Of a stretch of 40,762 nt of DNA, positions 18,595 to 27,166 are shown piece after piece (the stretch's first letter is position 1; every line of letters begins with the position of its first letter). Under the pieces are notes generated by a model. It was not told where the DNA came from, searched no databases, and was given only the letters and a program-made list of their open reading frames with translations. The position numbers were made by a program, and so were the translations under genes. Source of the stretch: Thermoplasmata archaeon (GTDB lineage: Archaea; Thermoplasmatota; Thermoplasmata; Halarchaeoplasmatales; Halarchaeoplasmataceae); the NCBI GenBank assembly GCA_046538435.1, contig JBKHIX010000003.1, positions 1 through 40,762 of the forward strand. The letters run 5' to 3'.

Positions 18595-19839
18595 CTATGA
18601 TTTTTTCTTTTTGATGGGAATAAATACTGCCAGCATTATTATCAACAGTAAAGCTACAGGAAATGCATCATTTGAAATAATCTCCTGTAGGACTGATTCA
18701 TCTGCACTTCTTTCAAAAGCATAAAGATTTGAATCATAGGACCCAATATATAGATTACCTCTAGGACCAATCGAAGGGGATGAAGTTATGAAATAATTTA
18801 AAGTAGTGTTCCATTTTTTTGTACCATCTGGATTGATCGCATATAGATTAAAATCATAAGAACCAACATATATCGTACCATCATTATCAATCGTAGGTGA
18901 GGATATAACTGCATCATCTGTAGTATAGTTCCATTTTTTTGTTCCGTCTGGATTAACTGCATATAAATTATTATCATTAGAACCAAAATAGATAGTTCCA
19001 TCATTGGCAACTGCTGGAGAAGATAAAACATCTCCATCAGTAATATATTTCCATTCCTCTCTTCCCTGCTGGTTTACTGCATATAAATTGTTATTTCTAG
19101 AACCTACGTAAATGTTCCTATTTTTTCCTATAACTGGTGAAGTTAGAATTTGCTCTCCTGTATTAAACTCCCATCTTATAGTTCCATCTGCTTCTACAGA
19201 ATAAAGCCTATTATTGTTCATAGAACCTACATAAATATTTCCTTCATCATCGATTGCTGGAGCACCCCATATTGCACCAACTTCTGATAATTTCCATTCG
19301 ATCTCTCCATCGTTTGATACTTTCATGAGACCTGATACAGTTCCTACATAAACATTTCCATTTTTACCCAAAACGGGAGAAGAAAATATTTGATCAATAT
19401 TCTCAATATTCCATCTAATCTCCCCTTCAGGAGAGAGTGCGTATAGCCCTTCAGCAGAACCTACATAAATATTCCCGTTTTTATCTAAAGCAGGTGAAGA
19501 AAAATTAACATACCCTATATCAACACTCCATTTTTCCGATCCATCTGGATTTAAAGCATAAAAATTTCCATCTTCAGATCCAAAGTATATAACTCCTCTA
19601 CGAGATATAGCTGGTGATGATGAAATCCCACCTTCAGTGGAAAATTCCCATCTAATGTCAGATTCTGGAATCCCAATCGGAGAAATTTGACAGCCTGTGC
19701 GTTTTTTATCTCCTTTAAACAAAGGCCATTCATTATCTTGTGTTTCTCCATCTACTTCTTGCGTACTGATGAAAATCGATGTCAGTACCATTCCAAATAA
19801 TAGTATAATAATTACCAATGTAGTTATTTTATCCTTCAT
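18595..19839 (-). CDS. PQQ-like (BamB-type) beta-propeller surface protein
   Basis: Signal/TM, ~8 repeats W.F.T...I.SSPAI..DG.IY.GS.D.NLYA.NPDG, C-terminal TM with a basic tail; 120-bp DNA periodicity (e.g. 18808 vs 18928). Confidence 0.92.
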   Translation of the reverse strand: MKDKITTLVIIILLFGMVLTSIFISTQEVDGETQDNEWPLFKGDKKRTGCQISPIGIPESDIRWEFSTEGGISSSPAISRRGVIYFGSEDGNFYALNPDGSEKWSVDIGYVNFSSPALDKNGNIYVGSAEGLYALSPEGEIRWNIENIDQIFSSPVLGKNGNVYVGTVSGLMKVSNDGEIEWKLSEVGAIWGAPAIDDEGNIYVGSMNNNRLYSVEADGTIRWEFNTGEQILTSPVIGKNRNIYVGSRNNNLYAVNQQGREEWKYITDGDVLSSPAVANDGTIYFGSNDNNLYAVNPDGTKKWNYTTDDAVISSPTIDNDGTIYVGSYDFNLYAINPDGTKKWNTTLNYFITSSPSIGPRGNLYIGSYDSNLYAFERSADESVLQEIISNDAFPVALLLIIMLAVFIPIKKKKS

Positions 19840-19880
19840 AATTCATAACCTCATATTACTCTTTTAAATCTATCTCTTTC

Positions 19881-20441
19881 TTAAATACGCTTCTTTTTAA
19901 TATAATTTAGGAATTTCTTCATAGCATTTCCTCGATGACTGAGAGCATTTTTTTCCTGAGCACTCATCTGTGCATATGTTTTATCTTTATCCAAGGGTTT
20001 GAATATTGGATCGTAACCAAAACCACCTGACCCTCTCATTTTTTTAGTTATTTCACCTTTTGATATACCTCTAAATAGTTTCTTTTCATCATTCAGATAA
20101 CCGATTACACATTCAAAACGAGAATCTCTGTTATCCCTATTTTCCATAAGTTTCAATATTCCTTCACATCCTAATGTATCCATGACATATGAAGAGTACA
20201 CACCTGGAAAACCATTTAAAGTATCCACGAATAGTCCACTATCATCTATTATTAAGGGAGCAAATCCTGATAGTTCATCTAAAATATACTTGACCACTTC
20301 TTCTAGTGTATTAGCTTGGATTTCTGGGTATCCTATATCTGCCATCCTTATCTCTTTAAAGTATGGTTCTAGTGTCTCCTTATATTCTCGGTATTTTCCT
20401 TCATTAGAAGTCAGAATGTTTAAAATCTCTTCCTGATTCAT
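19881..20441 (-). CDS. rdgB: Non-canonical purine NTP pyrophosphatase (HAM1/RdgB)
   Basis: TSNEGK, DDSGL, FPGVYS, GFGYDPIF, KNALSHRG. Confidence 0.96.
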   Translation of the reverse strand: MNQEEILNILTSNEGKYREYKETLEPYFKEIRMADIGYPEIQANTLEEVVKYILDELSGFAPLIIDDSGLFVDTLNGFPGVYSSYVMDTLGCEGILKLMENRDNRDSRFECVIGYLNDEKKLFRGISKGEITKKMRGSGGFGYDPIFKPLDKDKTYAQMSAQEKNALSHRGNAMKKFLNYIKKKRI

Positions 20442-21061
20442 TGATATCTTCCTCTAGATTCTATATTCTCGGTCCTCTTAATGATTTCATCAGCATTATA
20501 AAAGGTTTCTTTATACCCCTCTAGGATATCTTCGAAAAGTTCACGAGCGTTGGTATGGACACTTATCAACGCTTCTCTGATAAGATGAAGATCCACACCC
20601 ATATCTTCAATTGTAGAATCCTTTTCACCCAGACTAAAATCGATAAAACAGAAAGAATCCTTTTTTTTGTTATAAATTATATTAGAAGTTGTAAGATCAC
20701 CGTGGGTTATGGTTGCGGAGTGGAGTTTACCCACATAATTGCCTACTCTTTTCATGTCCACGTCTACACCCTCTTCGATGCTGTCCATGACTCTTTTTCC
20801 TTCAAAATATTGAATGATCAATTCTGTAGTTTTTTCATTGAGATCATAAATTATAGGAACTGGAACTCCAAATTTTTTAGCTTCATTGAGCAGCCTAGCT
20901 TCTTTTCTTATCCTTTGTTTTCTAATTTTGTAATCCAATTTAGGATGTCTATATCCTTTTTTAACCCTTTTTTTCAATACAACATCCCGACCCTTCCATC
21001 TTGCTCTCCAAACTTCAGCCTCTGCACCACGTGTTATCAGCTGTTTATCGGTGAGTTCCAT
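20438..21061 (-). CDS. bud32: KEOPS complex kinase Bud32
   Basis: RGAEA, KKRVKKGYRHP, HGDLTTSN, IDFSL, IESRGRY. Confidence 0.95.
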   Translation of the reverse strand: MELTDKQLITRGAEAEVWRARWKGRDVVLKKRVKKGYRHPKLDYKIRKQRIRKEARLLNEAKKFGVPVPIIYDLNEKTTELIIQYFEGKRVMDSIEEGVDVDMKRVGNYVGKLHSATITHGDLTTSNIIYNKKKDSFCFIDFSLGEKDSTIEDMGVDLHLIREALISVHTNARELFEDILEGYKETFYNADEIIKRTENIESRGRYQ

Positions 21062-21166
21062 ATTTCATCTTATATTAATGGAGATAATAATCTTTTTCCA
21101 TATCTACACTTTTTTTCAATCCGAAGGTTTATATTAGTAACCATATTGGAAAGGATTGGTGTACTC

Positions 21167-21877
21167 ATGCCGAAAGAAAACGACGAACTAAGAGAGGTCA
21201 AAATAACGCCAAATTATTTAGATAATCCAAAAGGCTCTGCATTGATAGAGACAGGAAAGACAAAAGTGATATGTACGGTTATGGTTGAGGAATCATTACC
21301 CCCATGGATAGAGAACGATGATGAAGAACAGCATGGATGGTTAACAGCAAAGTATGGAATGCTTCCCGGAAGTGGGGAAAGCAGGATAAGGAGAGAAAGA
21401 AGGGGTGCCCGTGGTAGAACGAAGGAAATCCAAAGATTGATAGGTAGGGCCTTAAGAGCAGGTATTGATCTAGGTAAAGTTGGTCCAAGAACACTATGGA
21501 TAGATTGTGATGTAATTCAAGCAGATGGTGGAACTAGAACTGCCTCGATAACTGGTGCATGGGTAGCTCTTAAATTAGCAGTACAAAAGTTGATCGACGA
21601 AGGATTACTGGAAGAAAATCCAATGAAAAGACAGATAGCAGCAACGAGCGTAGGTATAGTCGATGGAGAACCGATATTGGATCTTTGTTACGAGCATGAT
21701 TACAATGCTGATGTTGACATGAACGTAGTTATGGATTCTAAAAGCAACTTCATCGAGATACAGGCTACAGGAGAAGAAGCGGTTTTCACCCGAGATGAAC
21801 ACGACAAACTACTAGATCTGGCCGAAAAAGGGATATTAGAACTTATAGAAAAGCAGAAAGAGATCTTTAAAGAATGA
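21167..21877 (+). CDS. rph: Ribonuclease PH, bacterial type
   Basis: True start MPKEN at 21167; GWLTAKYGMLP, GRTKEIQRLIGRALRA, DCDVIQADGGTRTASITG, LDLCYEHD..ADVDMNVVM. Confidence 0.92.
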   Translation: MPKENDELREVKITPNYLDNPKGSALIETGKTKVICTVMVEESLPPWIENDDEEQHGWLTAKYGMLPGSGESRIRRERRGARGRTKEIQRLIGRALRAGIDLGKVGPRTLWIDCDVIQADGGTRTASITGAWVALKLAVQKLIDEGLLEENPMKRQIAATSVGIVDGEPILDLCYEHDYNADVDMNVVMDSKSNFIEIQATGEEAVFTRDEHDKLLDLAEKGILELIEKQKEIFKE

Positions 21878-21917
21878 TTTAAATATAATGCCTGAAATCA
21901 ATTGATTGGTCAGTATA

Positions 21918-22334
21918 ATGGATCCGACGGGTGAATTATGTATATTCATAGTAGTACCTGGTGTACTGATAGGCGGTATATTTGGAGTGTTGACATCTAA
22001 TTTAGTTATAAGGAAAAAGAGAAATCTCGTTTTCTATTTTATTATAATCTTATCTGTAGGGATACTGATTTCCTTCATGCTCAATCCGATGATAATTTTT
22101 ACAGCGGGCCTGTTTCTCCTAATATTTCTATTCAGGTCCAATGAAGGTGCAACAAAAGAATTTGCACCAGTTGAGTGGGTTACTAGTGGTTACGTAAAGA
22201 GGTTGGATAAAACAGAAGAAGATAATAAACCTGTGGTATCGGGAACTCTGGTAAACTTTCTAACCATTATTATTTTCTTCTTAGTCAGTATGATCTATAT
22301 GCTATTATTCCCCTTTGGATTAAAAGTAATTTAA
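21918..22334 (+). CDS. Hypothetical membrane protein
   Basis: 3-4 hydrophobic segments; fills the gap between rph and the helicase. Confidence 0.65.
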   Translation: MDPTGELCIFIVVPGVLIGGIFGVLTSNLVIRKKRNLVFYFIIILSVGILISFMLNPMIIFTAGLFLLIFLFRSNEGATKEFAPVEWVTSGYVKRLDKTEEDNKPVVSGTLVNFLTIIIFFLVSMIYMLLFPFGLKVI

Positions 22335-24379
22335 ACGTTTACATCTAGTTTCTTTCCTTTATCTTCCATAAATCTGAATAGCTTTTCATAGACTGGATGA
22401 ATAGAAACAGTATCTGTATCTGATATTACTATCAATTTTCTTCTAGCCCTTGTTATACTAACATTCAGCCTTCTTAGGTCCTTTAAGAAACCTATATTAT
22501 TTCTATTATTGCTTCTAGTTAGTGAGAGGATTATGACTTCCTTTTCTCTACCCTGGAAACCATCTACTGTGTCTATTTCTACCAATTCATTGTTTACATA
22601 ATCTTTTATCAGTTCTTTTTGATCGTCATATGGAGATATGACTCCAATTTCATTTGGCTCAAGACCCATATCTAAAAAACCATTGACTAGCTCTTTTGAA
22701 AGCAAGGCCTCTCCTTTGTTTTCTTTTGAGGTAGACCCTTGCCTTGACCGTTCTGGCATCTGGCCCTGGGTATTTATCAAAACAACCGGTTCTTTTGGAT
22801 CTAGTATTTCCTTAAATTTATTATCACTTTTATCCTCTATAATATCTTCAAGAAGATGGCTCCTGACAGAATCGTCAGCAATTATCTGTCCATTATAGAA
22901 TTCATCATCTGAAAATCTCATTATTTTTTCATGCATTCTATATTGCACTTTCAAAAGTGTCTTGACTTCATCACCGTACATCGCTACGAGTCTTTCAAAT
23001 AAAGTCTCTGCAAGACCCTCGTTTTTAGCTCTTTCATTGAGAATAGTAGGTGGTAACTGTTTATGATCCCCAGCCATCACCAATTTATCTGATTTTACAG
23101 CAGGTATCAAACAGGAAGGTTCGGAAGCCTGGGTTGCTTCATCTATAACACAGAGATAGAATTCTCTATCCTCCAGTGCCTGACTTGCTGAAGAAGAGTT
23201 GGTGGTACATACAACATCTGCTCTCTCTAAAACTTCATTGACTGCTTTGTTCTCCAGTTCATCCACCTTTTCGAAGAGTTCATCAACCTCTTCCTGTAAC
23301 TCCAATGATTTAGCCATCTCATCTATCTTGTGAGGTGGGATTCCTCTACTCCCTTTACCTTTCTTTGCCAAGCTTTTGATAGCCTCGTTACTTAAACCTC
23401 TTCTCCACCTTCCACTTGGATAGGTGTATTGATCCTGCTTCTCCTTCTTTTCAAATGCTCTTTCTCTAAGTTCCTGCGCTTTAAGATAGGTGCTGTTATC
23501 CTCTAATATGTAATCCAATGTGTGCTCTCTCAGTGTCGGAGTGACTCTAGCTGGATGACCCACTCTAACGACTTCTCTACCTCTAGAAATCAGATGTTCT
23601 ACTAAATTGTCTACGGCTGTATTGGAATCAGCACATGCAACAATTGTTTGATCGGCTTCAACTGCCTGCTCTATTATCTCGATACAAGTCATTGTTTTAC
23701 CAGTGCCAGGAGGACCGTGTATCAGGTGGATGTCGTTAGATTCCATAGCCTTTATAACTGCTTCTTGCTGACTTTTATTCAAATCTTGATTCATAAGATA
23801 TATATCTTCAATCCGTTCAGACTCCAATTCTTCTTCAGATAAAATTTTATTGATCAATCTTCTTTTTTTACCTTCCAGGTTTTTGGTTTTCTTAACAGCA
23901 TCAAGCATCCTCTGGAAAGTGATATCGTTAACATACAAGTCTAGGCGGACTTTATCATATATCCATCCAGGTGGTTTATCATCGAAGGCTGCAGTTATAG
24001 AATACCCTGTTCTCTCGATAACGGTCCCCGATGGATTATCATCTGATAGAGAATGATTTTTACTTACTCTTATAAGATCTCCAACACTTATCTCAGTACC
24101 CGGTATCCCATCCTTTCTAACAAATTTGATTAAAAATTTTCCTCCCAATCCAGTACCTTCATCTATCGCTCTTGTATTCAATATGGCTCTACCTTCCTTC
24201 TGCCTATCCCAACCCGATAGGTTCTTCATCTCCTGTTCGTGCCTCTCCATCTCTTCTTGTCTCTCTAACTCCACCAGTTCACTGAAATGATCGATGTACT
24301 CATCCTGTTCAAACTCAACATGGACTATAGACTCTGGATCTCCAGCTTCTATCACCGTGATATCATCTGATTCTTTCAT
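22331..24379 (-). CDS. SF1B Upf1/IGHMBP2-like helicase (TIGR00376-type)
   Basis: LNKSQ, HGPPGTGKT, SNTAVDN, IDEATQ, GDHKQLPP, QYRMH, TVDGFQGREK, RLNVSITRAR. Confidence 0.95.
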   Translation of the reverse strand: MKESDDITVIEAGDPESIVHVEFEQDEYIDHFSELVELERQEEMERHEQEMKNLSGWDRQKEGRAILNTRAIDEGTGLGGKFLIKFVRKDGIPGTEISVGDLIRVSKNHSLSDDNPSGTVIERTGYSITAAFDDKPPGWIYDKVRLDLYVNDITFQRMLDAVKKTKNLEGKKRRLINKILSEEELESERIEDIYLMNQDLNKSQQEAVIKAMESNDIHLIHGPPGTGKTMTCIEIIEQAVEADQTIVACADSNTAVDNLVEHLISRGREVVRVGHPARVTPTLREHTLDYILEDNSTYLKAQELRERAFEKKEKQDQYTYPSGRWRRGLSNEAIKSLAKKGKGSRGIPPHKIDEMAKSLELQEEVDELFEKVDELENKAVNEVLERADVVCTTNSSSASQALEDREFYLCVIDEATQASEPSCLIPAVKSDKLVMAGDHKQLPPTILNERAKNEGLAETLFERLVAMYGDEVKTLLKVQYRMHEKIMRFSDDEFYNGQIIADDSVRSHLLEDIIEDKSDNKFKEILDPKEPVVLINTQGQMPERSRQGSTSKENKGEALLSKELVNGFLDMGLEPNEIGVISPYDDQKELIKDYVNNELVEIDTVDGFQGREKEVIILSLTRSNNRNNIGFLKDLRRLNVSITRARRKLIVISDTDTVSIHPVYEKLFRFMEDKGKKLDVNV

Positions 24380-24468
24380 ATCAACCTTCTCATCTAAAGG
24401 TTGTTTTTAAATCTGTTGGATTTCAGTAAACATAAAAATCTTATACGGATTCAATCAATTTTTACAAT

Positions 24469-25416
24469 ATGTTAGACAGGTACCGCAGGATACTAAAGAA
24501 TGAAAAAAAACCTTACTTCTTCACTGCCAAAAATAAAAGTATAAAAGAAGGTCTAACCGACAGATCACTCTCTGATTTACTGAAAATACACGAAAAAATA
24601 CTGGAAAAAGACATCCCATCCCTGAGTCTTAAAAAGAAGATCACTTCCAAGATATTGGAGAACTGTATACTCTGTGAAAGGAGATGTAAAGTAAACAGAA
24701 AAGTGGGAGAGAAAGGGTACTGTAATGTTTTGGAATCGAAGATCTCTTCAGAATTTTTACATTTCGGGGAAGAGCGTCAGTTGGTACCTTCGCATACTAT
24801 TTTCTTCAACAGATGCAATTTCGGATGCGTGTTCTGCCAGAATTATGATATAAGCCAGAGAGATGGAGGAAGGTTTATTGAACCAGAAAAATTAGCAAAC
24901 ATGATAGATAAAAAAGGTGGAAAAAACGTGAACTGGGTGGGTGGAGATCCAACACCTAATCTTGATTATATAATTGAGGTTTTAGATTATATCAATGAAC
25001 CTCTACCTCAGATATGGAATTCTAACATGTATCTAACTAAGGAAGGGATTAATATTTTATCGAAACTAATGGATGTGTATCTCACAGATTTCAAGTATGG
25101 AAACGATGAGTGTGCAAAAAAACTCTCAAAGGTGGACAACTACACCTTTGTAATCAAAAGAAATCACAAGATCGCTGAAAAAACTGGTGATCTGATAATA
25201 CGCCATCTTGTATTACCAGGCCACATTGAATGCTGTACTAAACCGATTCTTGAATGGATCGATAATAATCTAAAAGACCCGATGATCAACCTCATGGATC
25301 AGTATAGGCCTGAGTATCATGCCAGTAGATATCCCAAGATAGATAGATATTTGAATTCAAAGGAAAAGAGAGAGATGAGAAGATTGAAACATGAATATTC
25401 TCATTTAGTAGGTTGA
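24469..25416 (+). CDS. Radical SAM protein, PflX-like
   Basis: CILCERRC, HFGEE, CNFGCVFCQNYDISQ, VGGDPTP, IRHLVLPGH, MDQYRP. Confidence 0.88.
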   Translation: MLDRYRRILKNEKKPYFFTAKNKSIKEGLTDRSLSDLLKIHEKILEKDIPSLSLKKKITSKILENCILCERRCKVNRKVGEKGYCNVLESKISSEFLHFGEERQLVPSHTIFFNRCNFGCVFCQNYDISQRDGGRFIEPEKLANMIDKKGGKNVNWVGGDPTPNLDYIIEVLDYINEPLPQIWNSNMYLTKEGINILSKLMDVYLTDFKYGNDECAKKLSKVDNYTFVIKRNHKIAEKTGDLIIRHLVLPGHIECCTKPILEWIDNNLKDPMINLMDQYRPEYHASRYPKIDRYLNSKEKREMRRLKHEYSHLVG

Positions 25417-25490
25417 AAGATACAAACAAAACCCTTAAAAATATAAATAAAGGTGTATTGTTGAGTAAAAAGACAAAACAGGTGTTAAAG

Positions 25491-26915
25491 ATGGGAAGTA
25501 AAGATAGCAAGAAAACCGAAGAGAAGTTCAAGAACTTTAGCGAATGGTATAATGAGATAATAGAAAAATCTAATCTCAGCGATAAACGATATCCAGTTAA
25601 AGGTATGAACATCTGGACACCATATGGCTGGGAGTTGATGCAGAATATAGACCGCGAAACTAGAAGATTGATGAAAGAAACAAATCATCAAGAAGTTAAA
25701 TTTCCACTTTTAATACCTGAGAAGGAATTTGAAAAAGAAGGTGATCATATCAAAGGTTTTGGTGATGATGTTTATTGGGTAACTCATGCAGGTCAGAATG
25801 AGTTAGATGTACCTTTACTGTTAAGACCAACCAGCGAGACAGCGATGTATCCTATATTTGATCTTTGGGTAAGATCTCATGTTGACCTACCTTTAAAAAC
25901 ATACCAGATGGTAAATGTATTCAGATATGAGACAAAACAAACCCGATCTTTTATGAGGATGAGGGAATTTCACTTCTTTGAGGCCCATACATGTCATGCA
26001 ACAGAGCAAGGGGCTGAGGACCAGATAAAAGAAGATTTAGAAATAATGGATGAATTGGCTGAGAAACTTTGTATGCCTTATCTCAAAATTCAGAGAACTG
26101 AGTGGGACAAATTTCCAGGAGCAGATTATACAGTTGGGGGAGACGTTTTGATGCCAACGGGTAGAACACTTCAGATTGCAGGCATTCATCAATATAAAAC
26201 CAACTTCTCGAAAGCATACGATATAACTTTTGAGGATGAAGATGGAGAGCATAAAAACGTTCATCAGACCACCTATGGAATGTCAGAAAGATTAGTCGGA
26301 GCATTGATAGGGATGCACGGAGATGACAACGGATTAGTTTTACCACCAGCTGTAGCACCTATCCAAGTTAGAATTATACCTATAGTCTATGAGGATGAGG
26401 AGAAAATAATGGAATACTGCTCCAATCTGAAAGAAGAGCTAGAAAACAAAAGAATAAGAGTAGATATCGATGAAAGAGATGAAAGGCCTGGAAGTAAATT
26501 CTATGATTCTGAGATGAAAGGAATACCAGTAAGATTAGATATCGGCAGCAACGAGGTAGAGAAAGACAATGTTACAGTTGTCAGAAGAGATAATGATGAT
26601 AAAAGTTCGGTTGCTAAAGAAGAACTTATAGAAACGGTAGAAAAGACATTCAATAAGATGGAGGAAGACATGTATGAAGAAGCAGAGCGCTTCTTGAGAA
26701 ACAATATAGATAATGTTGACGAATTCTCTGAAATCCAGGAAAAGAAGATTTACCGTATAGGTTGGTGTGGAGAAAAGATCTGCGGGGAAGATATTGAAGA
26801 GATTACGGATAAAAGTATTCTTGGAACGAAATATGGTGGAGAAGAATATAAAGGAAAATGTATAAACTGCGGGAAAGAAACCGATAAAGTAGTTTATCTT
26901 AGCAAAACCCATTAA
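25491..26915 (+). CDS. proS: Proline--tRNA ligase (archaeal/eukaryotic type)
   Basis: LRPTSET, FRYETK, HGDDNGLVLPP..AP, C-terminal Zn Cys motif; ATG 25491 after AGGTG. Confidence 0.97.
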   Translation: MGSKDSKKTEEKFKNFSEWYNEIIEKSNLSDKRYPVKGMNIWTPYGWELMQNIDRETRRLMKETNHQEVKFPLLIPEKEFEKEGDHIKGFGDDVYWVTHAGQNELDVPLLLRPTSETAMYPIFDLWVRSHVDLPLKTYQMVNVFRYETKQTRSFMRMREFHFFEAHTCHATEQGAEDQIKEDLEIMDELAEKLCMPYLKIQRTEWDKFPGADYTVGGDVLMPTGRTLQIAGIHQYKTNFSKAYDITFEDEDGEHKNVHQTTYGMSERLVGALIGMHGDDNGLVLPPAVAPIQVRIIPIVYEDEEKIMEYCSNLKEELENKRIRVDIDERDERPGSKFYDSEMKGIPVRLDIGSNEVEKDNVTVVRRDNDDKSSVAKEELIETVEKTFNKMEEDMYEEAERFLRNNIDNVDEFSEIQEKKIYRIGWCGEKICGEDIEEITDKSILGTKYGGEEYKGKCINCGKETDKVVYLSKTH

Positions 26916-26919
26916 AATA

Positions 26920-27123
26920 TTATTCTTCTTTTATAGAGTACAGTAGAAATCCTATTATCCCAAATCCTACTAATACTGCTGTTACTGAATACACACCTAC
27001 ATCAAACCATTTACCATAAAGTATATTCCAGGAAAAATAAAATGCTACTCCCAGTGATGCTAGAAATGCGTAAAATATGCTTAAGTATTTTTTACTGATT
27101 AATTGTGATTCTGTTTCAGCCAT
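26920..27123 (-). CDS. Small 2-TM membrane protein
   Basis: 67 aa, two TM helices linked by WNILYGKWFDVGVYS; TATA-like TTTTAATA ~25 nt upstream. Confidence 0.75.
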   Translation of the reverse strand: MAETESQLISKKYLSIFYAFLASLGVAFYFSWNILYGKWFDVGVYSVTAVLVGFGIIGFLLYSIKEE

Positions 27124-27166
27124 AGGAGAAAATAAAGAAAGGGGTTATTAAAAAGTTTTGCTAGAT

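Noticed and set aside
18700-19650. 120-bp periodic repeats as a CRISPR or other DNA repeat array
   Set aside because: They are in-frame, degenerate beta-propeller blades.
20555-21166. 204-aa N-terminal extension of the 440-aa ORF (apparent RNase PH fusion)
   Set aside because: It is the antisense shadow of bud32; RNase PH homology starts at ATG 21167, after its own TATA box.
19881-21877. Co-transferred bacterial rph-rdgB operon
   Set aside because: rdgB is on the opposite strand, coupled to archaeal bud32, and looks archaeal-type.
22331-24379. SF1 helicase as an anti-phage defence gene
   Set aside because: No nuclease fusion or defence neighbours; housekeeping context.
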